Shown here one piece after another: positions 48,500 through 57,320 of a DNA stretch of 64,000 nucleotides. How positions within the stretch are numbered: the first letter of the stretch is position 1; each line of letters begins with the position of its first letter. The DNA comes from an uncultured Chloroflexia bacterium. Its GTDB lineage: Bacteria; Chloroflexota; Limnocylindria; QHBO01. Location: assembly GCA_963773405.1 (NCBI GenBank), contig CAVZAQ010000007.1, positions 118,224 through 182,223 of the forward strand, read 5' to 3'. Position numbers and translations under genes: made by a program. The notes under the pieces are model-generated. The model searched no databases. It worked only from the letters and a program-made list of their open reading frames with translations, and was not told the DNA's origin.

Positions 48500-48542
48500 A
48501 CACCCGCGCCTGGCGTCCCAGGTTGGCGCGGCCACGGCCCCG

Positions 48543-49505
48543 TCAGCCCTGGGCGGGACGGCGGCGGAGGGCGGGGCCTAGCGAGATCCGGGACCGCGCG
48601 ATGAGCACGCCGCCGATGCACAGCGCCCCGCCCACGACGGCGAGCGGCGGCACGACCTCCCCCAGGAGCAGCCAGCCCATGGCAATGGCCAGCACGGGCA
48701 CCACGTACGTGGACGAGCCCAGAACCCCGGACCGCGTTCGCGACAGGGCGAACGACCAGGTCGTGAAGGCCACCGCCGTCGGGAAGAGCCCCAGGTAGAC
48801 GAGCCAGGCGACCGACGACGGGGCGGCATCGGTCAGGTCGGAGGCCAGCTGGGGAGCGAAAGGCAGGCAGGCGACTGCGCCGGAAAGGCAGGCGATGAAG
48901 GTGACCTGCAGCACCGAGACGTGGTGCAACACCGGCTTCTGCAAAGTGACACCCACGGCGTAGGCGAGGGCGGCCACCATGCACAGGATGACGCCCCATC
49001 CGACCACCTGCGAACCGGCGGCTCCTCCTTCGGAGGTCGACAGGCCGATGATCACCGCGCCGACCAGGGCGATGCCGCATCCCGCAAAGAGCCGCCGCGG
49101 CCAACCCTCGCCCAGGAAGAGGCCGGCGAGGGTGACGACAAAGATGGGCCCGGTCCCCACCAACATGGCCGCCGTGCCGGCATCCACCGTCCGCTCCGCG
49201 GTGTTGAGGGCGACAGCGTAGATACCGAACCAGGTCAGCCCGGAGCCAATGGCGAGCACGAGCTGCCGCAGGCTCATGGCACCACGCGCCCGGGGCCGGG
49301 AGGCAAGGAACGCGCCCAGAGCCAGCGAGCCCACGGCGAGCCGGCCGAGCGCCAGCGCCCCGGGCTCGATGTCGGCCGTGACGGCTCGAATCCCCACGAA
49401 GGCCGACGCCCACAGCAGCATCGAGACCGCCATGGCGCCCAGGACCAGCGGGTCCGTGCGGGTCGAGGGGTTCGCGGGGTTCGAGGTCACGTCGTGGCTG
49501 GTCAT
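48543..49505 (-). CDS. DMT-superfamily (EamA-type) transporter
   Basis: Internal ATG (MTSHDVTSNP...). It has 10 TM helices in two EamA halves (LLWASAFVGIRAV..., VAFTTWSFALSRT...). Intact. Confidence 0.9.
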   Translation of the reverse strand: MTSHDVTSNPANPSTRTDPLVLGAMAVSMLLWASAFVGIRAVTADIEPGALALGRLAVGSLALGAFLASRPRARGAMSLRQLVLAIGSGLTWFGIYAVALNTAERTVDAGTAAMLVGTGPIFVVTLAGLFLGEGWPRRLFAGCGIALVGAVIIGLSTSEGGAAGSQVVGWGVILCMVAALAYAVGVTLQKPVLHHVSVLQVTFIACLSGAVACLPFAPQLASDLTDAAPSSVAWLVYLGLFPTAVAFTTWSFALSRTRSGVLGSSTYVVPVLAIAMGWLLLGEVVPPLAVVGGALCIGGVLIARSRISLGPALRRRPAQG

Positions 49506-49636
49506 GCTGATTGAACGCCGCAAGCGTACCCGGCGTGAGATGACAGCCCGCGTCAGGATCCGGTCAGGGCCGGCGCCGCCGTTCGATCGGTAGTGGCCGT
49601 GGCGGATGAACTCGGCGCGGGGTCGCGGAGTAGAAC

Positions 49637-49654
49637 TGGTACGAATCCGTACCA
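49637..49654. promoter_or_regulatory. inverted repeat TGGTAC-N6-GTACCA just upstream of the propeller lipoprotein gene
   Basis: Perfect 6-bp arms lie 19-36 nt upstream of ATG 49673 in a locally AT-rich patch. The GT..AC core resembles GntR-type operators, but no regulator gene is adjacent. Confidence 0.3.
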
Positions 49655-49672
49655 TTTAGCCGAGGGTTTCTG

Positions 49673-50731
49673 ATGCCGCGACGACCGGAGCGCGCGAGCC
49701 CTGCGGTGACGCTCGCCGTGACCGTCACCGCCATCGTCCTGGTTGCCACCGCGTGTTCCGCTGGAGGCGGCAACGCCACGGGGAGCGCAGCGCCCACGGG
49801 ATCCGCGGCGACGACGCCATCGGCGCAGGCTCCGGTCTTCGCCTTTGACGGCTCCGCGCCGCTCGTGAGCACCGAGCTCCTGCATTCAACCCAGGCGTTC
49901 GTGAATCCCGGTGCGGTGATTCGTGATGGCGGGACGCTGCACATGTTTGCGAACGCCTTCACGGCCTGGCCCGGGCACGTCGACTTCTACCACCTGACCT
50001 CGACCGATGGCGTCACCTGGACCCCGGCCTCCGCAGACCCGGTCTTCACCAGCGACGACGTGCCGTATGCCGCCCCCGGCGCCGATGTCTCGACCGGATT
50101 CGTCACGGCCGACGGCACCTGGGTCCTGGTCCTGGGGAGCGTGAATTCGATCGAGCCGTGGGCCATCGGGCGGGCCACCGCACCGGGGCCGGATGGCCCG
50201 TGGACGGTGGATCCGAAGCCGATGCTGTCCGCCGGCCCGACCGGTGCGTGGGATGCCGGCGGCCTCTCGTGGCCGAGCGTGGTAGCCACCGCCGACGGCT
50301 GGGCCATGTACTACACCGGCCATACGACCACCGGCGTCGGCGGGGACGAGGCCATCGGCATGGCAACGTCGGCCGACGGGAAGACCTGGACGAAGCGGGA
50401 TCAGCCGGTGCTGAGCGCATCGGCGAAGTGGGAGCTGGGCGGGCTGGATCGGCCGCGCGTGGCGGTCACGCCCAACGGCTTCGCCATGGTCTACTCCGGG
50501 CGCCAGCTCACGGACCGCGGCCTCGCCTGGTCGACCGACGGGGTCGCCTGGACCCGCGCCGCGGACCAGCCGGTCATCACCCAGGACAGCTTCCCGGTGT
50601 CGGGCAAGTGCTGGGATGCCGCGCTGCTGTACGACACGGGGACGCTGACCTACTACCTGGAGATCGGCGGCGGGACGCAGGCAACAGGGACGGCCGTCTT
50701 CCGCGCCACCGCGAGCATCCCCTCATCGTGA
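49673..50731 (+). CDS. five-bladed beta-propeller lipoprotein (GH43/GH32/GH130-like fold by pattern)
   Basis: The lipobox is VLVATAC. Repeated blades follow (TSTDGVTWT, VTADGTWVLV, ATADGWAMYYTG, TSADGKTWTK, WSTDGVAWTR). It is intact at 352 aa. Catalytic residues were not assigned. Confidence 0.7.
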   Translation: MPRRPERASPAVTLAVTVTAIVLVATACSAGGGNATGSAAPTGSAATTPSAQAPVFAFDGSAPLVSTELLHSTQAFVNPGAVIRDGGTLHMFANAFTAWPGHVDFYHLTSTDGVTWTPASADPVFTSDDVPYAAPGADVSTGFVTADGTWVLVLGSVNSIEPWAIGRATAPGPDGPWTVDPKPMLSAGPTGAWDAGGLSWPSVVATADGWAMYYTGHTTTGVGGDEAIGMATSADGKTWTKRDQPVLSASAKWELGGLDRPRVAVTPNGFAMVYSGRQLTDRGLAWSTDGVAWTRAADQPVITQDSFPVSGKCWDAALLYDTGTLTYYLEIGGGTQATGTAVFRATASIPSS

Positions 50732-50768
50732 CCCGTTCCGATCGGCTCCGACCGGCTCCTACCGGCTC

Positions 50769-51188
50769 CTACCTGAGGTCCATGCGACTCTGGCCGACCT
50801 CGATGAGGTGCCCGTCGGGATCACGGACGTAGGCGCGGATCTCGCGACCGTGGTCCTTGGGCTCGGTGAGGAACTCCGCGCCCTTCGCGGTCCAGTCTCG
50901 GTACACCGCGGCGATATCGGCGACACGAACGTTGAGGAAGGCGCTGGTGCGGTTCGGGTCGGGCGGCGTGGTCAGGGTGACGGTCGGCTTGTCATCGGTG
51001 GGGCCACCACCCTCGTTGAGGATCAGCCACGAGTTGGCGACCTTCATCACCACCGGGTCGCGCTCGAAAAGCACCTGCCCGTTGAAGATGGACCGATAGA
51101 ACTCGCGGGAGCGGTCCTGGTCGGACACCACCAGGAAGTGGGTAAGGACGAATCCCTCGCGGGGGGCGGGAAAGTCAATGGGGTTCAC
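50769..51188 (-). CDS. VOC-family (glyoxalase/bleomycin-resistance fold) protein
   Basis: The GTG start is preceded by AAGGAG and forms a GTGA overlap with the upstream gene. The sequence reads THFLVVSDQDRSREFYRSIFNGQV...IRAYVRDPDGHLIEV. Confidence 0.85.
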   Translation of the reverse strand: MNPIDFPAPREGFVLTHFLVVSDQDRSREFYRSIFNGQVLFERDPVVMKVANSWLILNEGGGPTDDKPTVTLTTPPDPNRTSAFLNVRVADIAAVYRDWTAKGAEFLTEPKDHGREIRAYVRDPDGHLIEVGQSRMDLR

Positions 51189-51649
51189 TGGGTCTCCTTC
51201 GTCATGGCGCGTGCCCGCGAGGACCGGCGAGCCAGCCACGCGACCGGCAGTGGGAGGGCCACCAGCATGGTGAGCGCGATAAAGAGGACAAGCGTGTCGG
51301 GGCTGGAGTAGAGCACGGTCCCCACGTTGCGCTCGGGGCCGCCGGGCCCCGTCGTCGGCGCACCCACCAGGATCAGGAAGGTCCAGTAGAAGGCCAGCGG
51401 CAGTGCAGGCGGGAGACCAAGCAGCCGCCACCACCCAACCGGCTCGACCACGTCGAGGCCCACCGCGAAAACGGCGGTGATCGCCAATCCGGCAACGATC
51501 AGGTCCAGGCCGATGCCGATCCACGGCTGCCTGGCGAGGTACCAGTCGCCGGCAATTAATGCCGAGCCAGCGGCGAACCCGAGACCAAGGGCCAGCGCCG
51601 CAATCCCCACGACGAATCCGGCGCGGCAGATCGTGCGCGACACCCCCAT
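51185..51649 (-). CDS. hypothetical polytopic membrane protein
   Basis: MGVSRTICRAGFVVGIAALALGLGF... has about 4 TM helices. It is translationally coupled to the VOC gene. Confidence 0.65.
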   Translation of the reverse strand: MGVSRTICRAGFVVGIAALALGLGFAAGSALIAGDWYLARQPWIGIGLDLIVAGLAITAVFAVGLDVVEPVGWWRLLGLPPALPLAFYWTFLILVGAPTTGPGGPERNVGTVLYSSPDTLVLFIALTMLVALPLPVAWLARRSSRARAMTKETQ

Positions 51650-51897
51650 CCCTCCAGCCTCCTGCACATGCCCGGGGGGGTTGCTCGGCCCAGGCGCGTC
51701 CAGCCTGCACCCACCGTCGGCGCAATGCAATCCCCTGCCGCGCGGAGATTGCGCCCGGTGGCCGTGGCGAGCGACCCTCAGGCGGGCTGCCGGATGAGGC
51801 CCTCCCTCGCGAATCCTTCCGATCTCCCGGCGGAGCTGTCGGCCCCCAAGGGCCGGGCGTCACGAAACCGGGGCCGGTCGGACATCGCCGCCTGACG

Positions 51898-52042
51898 ATG
51901 TTGCGGCTGGCGTAACGCATCGTCGGGGAGGGGGCCAGTTGACGCGCCCCAGGCCCGTTCTGTTACGGCGGCCGTGACATGGCGTCGGGATACGGTGGAC
52001 AGAGGGCGGTTCCGCGACGTTACGTAACGGCAGGGTGAACAT
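51898..52042. mobile_element. family-B MITE-like element, copy 2
   Basis: The left terminus is ATGTTGCGGCTGGCGTAACGCATCGTCGGGG. The right terminus is GGTTCCGCGACGTTACGTAACGGCAGGGTGAACAT, which is 31/35 identical to 62245-62279 and contains the perfect palindrome CGTTACGTAACG. Confidence 0.55.
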
Positions 52043-52125
52043 TGGGCCGCACCGGTGGCCGCACCGGCGGTGGGGAGCGGGCCGGCGCCACGATCAGGAT
52101 GCCACGCCACGCTATCGTGGCGCGC

Positions 52126-52713
52126 ATGGAGGCGGTGCTGGGGCTCATCGGCTACACGTTCGTCGCGGCGGTCACGCCGGGGCCCAACAACGTGGTGCTG
52201 TGGGGAATCGGCCTGCGCTTCGGGTTCCGGGCCGCGATCCCCTACCTCCTGGGCATTCCGCTGGGCGTGGGGGCCATGGTGCTCGCGGTGGCGGCGGGGG
52301 TCGGGGTGCTGATCAGCACGGTGCCGGTGCTCGACATCGGCCTCAAGGCGGTCGGCTCCGCGTACCTGCTCTACCTGGCCTGGCAGGTTGCCGGCAGCGC
52401 GGTGGTGTCCGAGACCGATGTCGGCTCAGCGCCGGGCTTCGGCCAGTCTGTTGCCTTCCAGTTCGTGAACCCCAAGGCCTGGTTCTTCGTCCTCAGCGCG
52501 GTGGCGGCGTTCCGGCCGGGGAGCCTGGACGTGGTCAGCGGGTCCGTGCTGATGGCGGTCGTGGTGGCGGTGGTTGTGCTCCCGACGGCATCGGTGTGGG
52601 CCGCAGGTGGGCACGCCCTGAGCCGCTTCGTGAGCGGGCCGCGGACACACCGGGTGGTCAGCGGGGTGCTGGCCGTGCTCCTGGCCGGGATGGTGGTCCT
52701 GATCTGGCTGTGA
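52126..52713 (+). CDS. LysE/RhtB-family amino-acid exporter
   Basis: MEAVLGLIGYTFVAAVTPGPNNVVLW... has 5-6 TM helices. Intact. Confidence 0.9.
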   Translation: MEAVLGLIGYTFVAAVTPGPNNVVLWGIGLRFGFRAAIPYLLGIPLGVGAMVLAVAAGVGVLISTVPVLDIGLKAVGSAYLLYLAWQVAGSAVVSETDVGSAPGFGQSVAFQFVNPKAWFFVLSAVAAFRPGSLDVVSGSVLMAVVVAVVVLPTASVWAAGGHALSRFVSGPRTHRVVSGVLAVLLAGMVVLIWL

Positions 52714-52717
52714 CGGC

Positions 52718-53515
52718 CTACGCGAGCTCCACCGAGCGCTTGGCCAGGCCGTACCAGTAGCCGTCGATCCGGGTCTCGGGTGGGGCGTCAGGCCGGGCCG
52801 ATGCACCCAACGCCACGAAGAGCGGTGCGAAGTGCTCGGTGGTGGGGTGCGCGTACGGCATGCCGGGGGCCTTGTCGCGGAACGCCATCAGCTCGTCGAT
52901 ATCGCCGCGCGCCAGCGCCTCCGCCGCCCATCGGTCGAACTCCACCGACCACGCCGGCGCACCGGGGCGGCCCCGCATGTAGTCATGGACGAACGGCAGC
53001 CCGTGGGTCATGAACCCGGAGCCGATGATCAGCACCCCCTCGTCACGCAGCGGCGCCAACCGCTGACCCAGGGCAAAGAGGTGCTCCGGATCCAGGTCGG
53101 GCATGGACATCTGGAGGACCGGGACATCGGCCTTGGGAAACATGCCGGTCAGGGGCACCCAGGCGCCATGGTCGAGGCCGCGGTTGGTGCGCACGACCTC
53201 CTCGCCGATCGGCATGAGGGCGGCAATCCTGTCCGCCAGGTCCGGCGCGGGAGGCGCGTCGTAGCGCATCTCGTAGTAGTGGCGCGGAAAGCCGTAGAAG
53301 TCGTACACGAGGGGGACGGGCGTGGTGGCGCCAACCGTCACCGGGGCGGACTCCCAGTGGGCGCTGACGATGAGGATCTGCTTGGGGCGCGGGAGGTCGG
53401 CCGCCCAGCCGCTGAGCTCCGCCATCCAGGTCGGGTCCTCGAGGAGCGGCGGTGCGCCATGGCCAAGGTAGAGCGCAGGCAACCGGGCGCTGGTCGGACG
53501 TTCGAGATCGTTCAC
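52718..53515 (-). CDS. class III extradiol dioxygenase (LigB/4,5-DOPA dioxygenase, YgiD-like)
   Basis: LPALYLGHGAPP...ILIVSAHWE...GLDHGAWVPL...LIIGSGFMTHG. Intact at 265 aa. Confidence 0.9.
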   Translation of the reverse strand: MNDLERPTSARLPALYLGHGAPPLLEDPTWMAELSGWAADLPRPKQILIVSAHWESAPVTVGATTPVPLVYDFYGFPRHYYEMRYDAPPAPDLADRIAALMPIGEEVVRTNRGLDHGAWVPLTGMFPKADVPVLQMSMPDLDPEHLFALGQRLAPLRDEGVLIIGSGFMTHGLPFVHDYMRGRPGAPAWSVEFDRWAAEALARGDIDELMAFRDKAPGMPYAHPTTEHFAPLFVALGASARPDAPPETRIDGYWYGLAKRSVELA

Positions 53516-53549
53516 AATGCAACTATTCTACGGCAATCGTTCGCGGGGC

Positions 53550-53921
53550 CTACTGCTCGGGCGGATTCCAGGGTTGGTGGCAGGTCATGGCCACCTGCCA
53601 CTGACCATCGATGCGCACGTAGGTCGAGGCTATGGAACCTCGGTACGGCGTCCCATCCGACTCGCGCTTCGCCCGCGCGTGGTAGGCAAGGACCACGCAG
53701 TCCGGCGTCACCTCGTTCGCGACGAGATCGCGCATGTCGAGGTCGACCCATCGCTCGCCCTGGCCGGCCGCCTGGACCGCCATCTCCTTGGGGATGGCGC
53801 CCATGGGCTCGATGACCGACAGCCCGCCATCCGCGATGGCCCGCCGGAAGAAGTCCGGGCTGTTCGCTTCGCCCCATAAGCGTCGCTCCAGGGCAAGGAC
53901 CTCATCGGTCGCGGTGCTCAT
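53550..53921 (-). CDS. SnoaL/DUF4440-like (NTF2-fold) protein
   Basis: Internal ATG is preceded by GGGAAGG. The sequence reads EVLALERRLWGEANSPDFFRRAIADGGLSVIEP...YRGSIASTYVRIDGQWQVAMTCHQPW. Confidence 0.7.
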   Translation of the reverse strand: MSTATDEVLALERRLWGEANSPDFFRRAIADGGLSVIEPMGAIPKEMAVQAAGQGERWVDLDMRDLVANEVTPDCVVLAYHARAKRESDGTPYRGSIASTYVRIDGQWQVAMTCHQPWNPPEQ

Positions 53922-53982
53922 CACTACCTTCCCTTCGTCTCGCGCTGCTCCTCGTTGTCGGCTGGCGCCGAATCCGCGCGCG

Positions 53983-54126
53983 ATGTTCTGACGGCTGTTA
54001 CCTAACGTCGGCGGATGGGCCGATGGCGGCGCTTCCCCGACGCAGGGTTTGGGTGGCTGTAACTTCGCGTCGGCAGATGGGCCGACGGCCGCGCTTCCCC
54101 GACGATACGTCACGACTGCCATAACG
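53983..54126. mobile_element. family-B MITE-like element, copy 3, with internal ~60-bp tandem duplication
   Basis: The left terminus is ATGTTCTGACGGCTGTTACCTAACGTCGGCGG. Internal units GGCTGTTACCTAACGTCGGCGGATGGGCCGATGGCGGCGCTTCCCCGACG and GGCTGTAACTTCGCGTCGGCAGATGGGCCGACGGCCGCGCTTCCCCGACG follow. The right terminus is degenerate (CGACGATACGTCACGACTGCCATAAC). Confidence 0.5.
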
Positions 54127-54206
54127 CGCGTACGCACGGCGATCCCCAGCGGGGCGGCCGATGCGGGGTGCCCTGGCGGACCAGGCCTCCATCCTGACGG
54201 TGGCGG

Positions 54207-56276
54207 CTAGGCGAGTCCCTCGGTATCGGAATCCCCTGTACGCCCGGTGAGGTGGTAGGGCACATCGGTCACCACCGTGTTCGGCCGGAAGAAGAGCCGG
54301 ACCTTCAGGCGAAGCGCCGTCTGGTTGTGGAGCGGGTACTCCCAGAAGTGCCGCGGCACGAACTCGGCGAGCACGATGGTGGTCGGCGTCGCCGGGTCCA
54401 GGCTCTGGGTGGCGTCAAGGTAGGCGAGGAGGGGCGGAAGGAGCGCGCGGTAGGGCGACTCGAGGATCACCAGCTTCACCGGCCCACCCCAGTCCTCCCA
54501 TCGGCGCTGCATCTCCTCGAGCTCGCCACGGTCGTCCGAGACGTGCACAGCGGTCACATCGTCGGAGATGGAACGCGCGTAGGCGAGCGCCTCGAGGCTC
54601 GGCCGGTCCATGCGGCTGATGGGCACGATCACCCGCGGCCGGCGGCGCGGGACGAAGCCGACCGTCCAGGGCGCCGCGAGCTCCCGCTCGAGGGCCCGAT
54701 AATGTCGGCCGATGGCGACCATCAGCGCGATCAGCATCGGGATGAGGAGCAGGATCATCCAGGCGCCCAGCGCGAACTTGGCGATGCCCACGATGATCGC
54801 CACCATCCCGGTCGCCACCGCCCCGGCCCCGTTGAGCGCGGCCCGCCAGCGCCAACCCCGCTGCGCCGCGCGGAGCCGATACCAGTGGCGGACCATGCCC
54901 GCCTGGCTGAGGGTGAAGGCCACGAAGACCCCCACCGTGTAGAGCGGGATGAGGTTCGTGACGCTGCCCTGAAAGGCGATGATCAGCACGGCGGCCAGAA
55001 CCGCGAGGACCATGATCCCCACGCTGAAGGCCAGCCGGTCCCCGCGAAACTGGAACTGGCGAGGCATGAAGCGATCCTTGCCCAGGATGCTGGCCAGCCG
55101 CGGGAAGTCGGCAAAGGCGGTATTCGCGGCCAGCACCAGCAGCAGCGCGGTCGAGACCTGGATCAGGTAGTGGTACGGCGTCCCGTCGCCCACCAGCGTC
55201 CGGGCAATCTGGCTGATCACCGTCTCCTGCTCGGTCGGGTCCGGCACAACGCCGAGCTGCGCGGCCAGGAAGCTGATGCCAATGAAGATCGAGCCGAAGA
55301 AGAGACCCATCATGATCAGGACCTGGCCCGCGTGGCGCGACTCCGGGGGCTTGAACGCCGGGACGCCGTTGGCGACCGCCTCGGTGCCGGTGAGCGCCAC
55401 CGAGCCCGATGCGAAGGCGCGCAGCACCAGGAGCAGGCTCAGGCCCGCCGCACCGTGCTGGGAGAGCCAGCCGGCGGGTGGCGTATAGGTCGGCAGCGAC
55501 CCGCTGAGGAACCGGAACAGGCCGAAGCCGAGCAGACCGTAGATCGCCACCAGGTACACGTAGGTGGGGATGGCGAACAGGTTCGCGCTCTCGCGGATCC
55601 CGCGCAGGTTGCCGAGCCACAGGGCGGCCACGAACGCCACGCCCAGCGCCACGCGCCAGTCGAACAGCCCCGGGATGATGGAGGTCAGGGCCGCCACGCC
55701 GGCGGCGATGGAGACCGCCACGGTGAGGACATAGTCGGTCAGCAGCGCCGCCGCGGCGACGAGCCCGGGCAGCCGCCCCAGGTTGTCGCTGGCGACGATG
55801 TACGAGCCGCCGCCGGACGGGTAGGCGCGGATCGTCTGCTGGTAGCTGGTGACGACCACCGCCAGGACCACCACGATCGCGATGGTGAGCGGCATGGTCA
55901 GGGCCAGCGCTCCGACCCCTGCGGCGACGACCACCCGCATGATCTCCTCGGAGGCATAGGCGGAGGACGAGATGTTGTCCGACGCAAAGACGGCCAGCCC
56001 CTTGATCGGCCCGATTCGCTCGCGCAGCTCGTGCTCGGAGGGGATGCGCCGCCCAATGACTACCTGGCGGACCGCGCTCCATGCGCGGCCGATCAGCCCC
56101 GACGGTTGCAGGACGCGTTCGGACGCCACCAGGTGACCGGGCGCCTCGCGCCGGAACTCGGAGGCGAAGGGCTGGACGACGCTGACGTACCGGTCGCCCG
56201 GACGGCTGCCGCGCCGCGGCCTCAGGGCACGGAGTTCCTGGACGGGCAACGCCTCCCCGGCGTCGTCACCTCTCAT
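54207..56276 (-). CDS. APC-superfamily permease with ~200-aa cytoplasmic C-terminal domain
   Basis: 689-aa intact ORF. GLAVFASDNISSSAYASEEIM...AYPSGGGSYIVASDNLG... is followed by 12 or more TM helices. It is the last gene of the KdpD/E-like operon. Confidence 0.85.
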   Translation of the reverse strand: MRGDDAGEALPVQELRALRPRRGSRPGDRYVSVVQPFASEFRREAPGHLVASERVLQPSGLIGRAWSAVRQVVIGRRIPSEHELRERIGPIKGLAVFASDNISSSAYASEEIMRVVVAAGVGALALTMPLTIAIVVVLAVVVTSYQQTIRAYPSGGGSYIVASDNLGRLPGLVAAAALLTDYVLTVAVSIAAGVAALTSIIPGLFDWRVALGVAFVAALWLGNLRGIRESANLFAIPTYVYLVAIYGLLGFGLFRFLSGSLPTYTPPAGWLSQHGAAGLSLLLVLRAFASGSVALTGTEAVANGVPAFKPPESRHAGQVLIMMGLFFGSIFIGISFLAAQLGVVPDPTEQETVISQIARTLVGDGTPYHYLIQVSTALLLVLAANTAFADFPRLASILGKDRFMPRQFQFRGDRLAFSVGIMVLAVLAAVLIIAFQGSVTNLIPLYTVGVFVAFTLSQAGMVRHWYRLRAAQRGWRWRAALNGAGAVATGMVAIIVGIAKFALGAWMILLLIPMLIALMVAIGRHYRALERELAAPWTVGFVPRRRPRVIVPISRMDRPSLEALAYARSISDDVTAVHVSDDRGELEEMQRRWEDWGGPVKLVILESPYRALLPPLLAYLDATQSLDPATPTTIVLAEFVPRHFWEYPLHNQTALRLKVRLFFRPNTVVTDVPYHLTGRTGDSDTEGLA

Positions 56277-56282
56277 TCGGGG

Positions 56283-56537
56283 TCACCCGATGGGCTCGAC
56301 CATGATGTCGCAGCCCTTTCGCCCGCGCCAGGTGGCGCGAACGACGATGCCCACCCGTCGGCCCTCCGCCTGCGCACGAGGGAGGATCTGCTCCGCGTGG
56401 TACACGCCGACGTGGGTCACCCGCCGAGCGCCGCCGGAGGCGACCATGCGCACGGACCCACAGACGAGATTCAGCTCCTGCTGCGCCGAGGGCCGCGACG
56501 GGCGCGCCACGGCCTGACGGCCGACATCGATTGCCAT
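56283..56537 (-). CDS. possible small protein between the response regulator and the permease (hypothetical)
   Basis: 84-aa ORF ending 6 nt before the permease ATG (...VGVYHAEQILPRAQAEGRRVGIVVRATWRGRKGCDIMVEPIG). No SD or family was recognised. Confidence 0.3.
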   Translation of the reverse strand: MAIDVGRQAVARPSRPSAQQELNLVCGSVRMVASGGARRVTHVGVYHAEQILPRAQAEGRRVGIVVRATWRGRKGCDIMVEPIG

Positions 56538-56606
56538 GCCATGAGCGTCCGCCAGGCCCCCAAGAGAGATCGCGGTCGGGAGGCGCGTCGGGTGCTCAAG
56601 AAGCGC

Positions 56607-57320
56607 TCAAGATTCGGTGGCCGGGCGCCCCTCCGCCACGCGATATCCGACCCCCGGCTCCGCCACGATCAGGCGCGCCGCCTCACCGGACGGGTCGGCC
56701 GCGGCCAGCTTGCGGCGGATGGCCGCAACGTGGACGTGGAGGTAGTGCGCCTCCTGCGCGTACGGCTGGCCCCACACGGCCCGGAGCAGCCTCCCGCGCG
56801 TCACCACGCGACCCGTGTGGCTGAGCAGGACCTTGAGCAGCTCGTACTCGCGGGGGGTCAGATGAACCGGCGCGCCGTTCACCCGCGTCTCGCGGCGCAT
56901 CGGATCCAGGGTCACAGGCCCGACGTGCAGCCTGCCGTCCTCCTCCGCCGCGGGGTTCATGCTCCGGCGGAGCGCAACGCGCACCCTGGCCCCCAGCTCG
57001 GCCATGCCGATCGGCTTGCCCAGGTAGTCGTCCGCTCCGAGGTCGAGGGCCTCGACCTTGTCGTGCTCCTGGTCGCGAGCGGAGAGGACGATGATGGGCG
57101 TCAGGGACTCGCGACGCAGGCGGCGGATGACGGAGAGGCCGTCCATGCCCGGAAGGCCGAGATCGAGGAGCACCACGTCCGGCCGTCCCGCGTCCCACAG
57201 CCGCAGCGCCTCCTCGCCGTCGGCTGCCGCGCGAACCACGTAGCCGTGCGCCCGCAGGTTGTCAGCCACCAGGTCGCGGGTCGCCTCGTCGTCCTCCACC
57301 AGGAGGATGCCTGCGCTCAC
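56607..57320 (-). CDS. OmpR-family response regulator (KdpE-like)
   Basis: ILLVEDDEATRDL...VLLDLGLPGMDG...DDYLGKPIGMAEL is followed by the winged helix ...LTPREYELLKVLLSHTGRVVTRGRLLRAVWG...YLHVHVAAIRRKL. Intact, with the start overlapping the kinase stop. Confidence 0.9.
   Translation of the reverse strand: MSAGILLVEDDEATRDLVADNLRAHGYVVRAAADGEEALRLWDAGRPDVVLLDLGLPGMDGLSVIRRLRRESLTPIIVLSARDQEHDKVEALDLGADDYLGKPIGMAELGARVRVALRRSMNPAAEEDGRLHVGPVTLDPMRRETRVNGAPVHLTPREYELLKVLLSHTGRVVTRGRLLRAVWGQPYAQEAHYLHVHVAAIRRKLAAADPSGEAARLIVAEPGVGYRVAEGRPATES

Noticed and set aside
48126-48542. RNase P RNA, tmRNA or SRP RNA in the unassigned gap
   Set aside because: I looked on both strands for GGAAAGTCCGGGC/ACAGAA (RNase P), a tRNA-like acceptor/T-arm ending in CCA (tmRNA) and the GGAAGCAGCC-type SRP domain IV motif. 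None was present.
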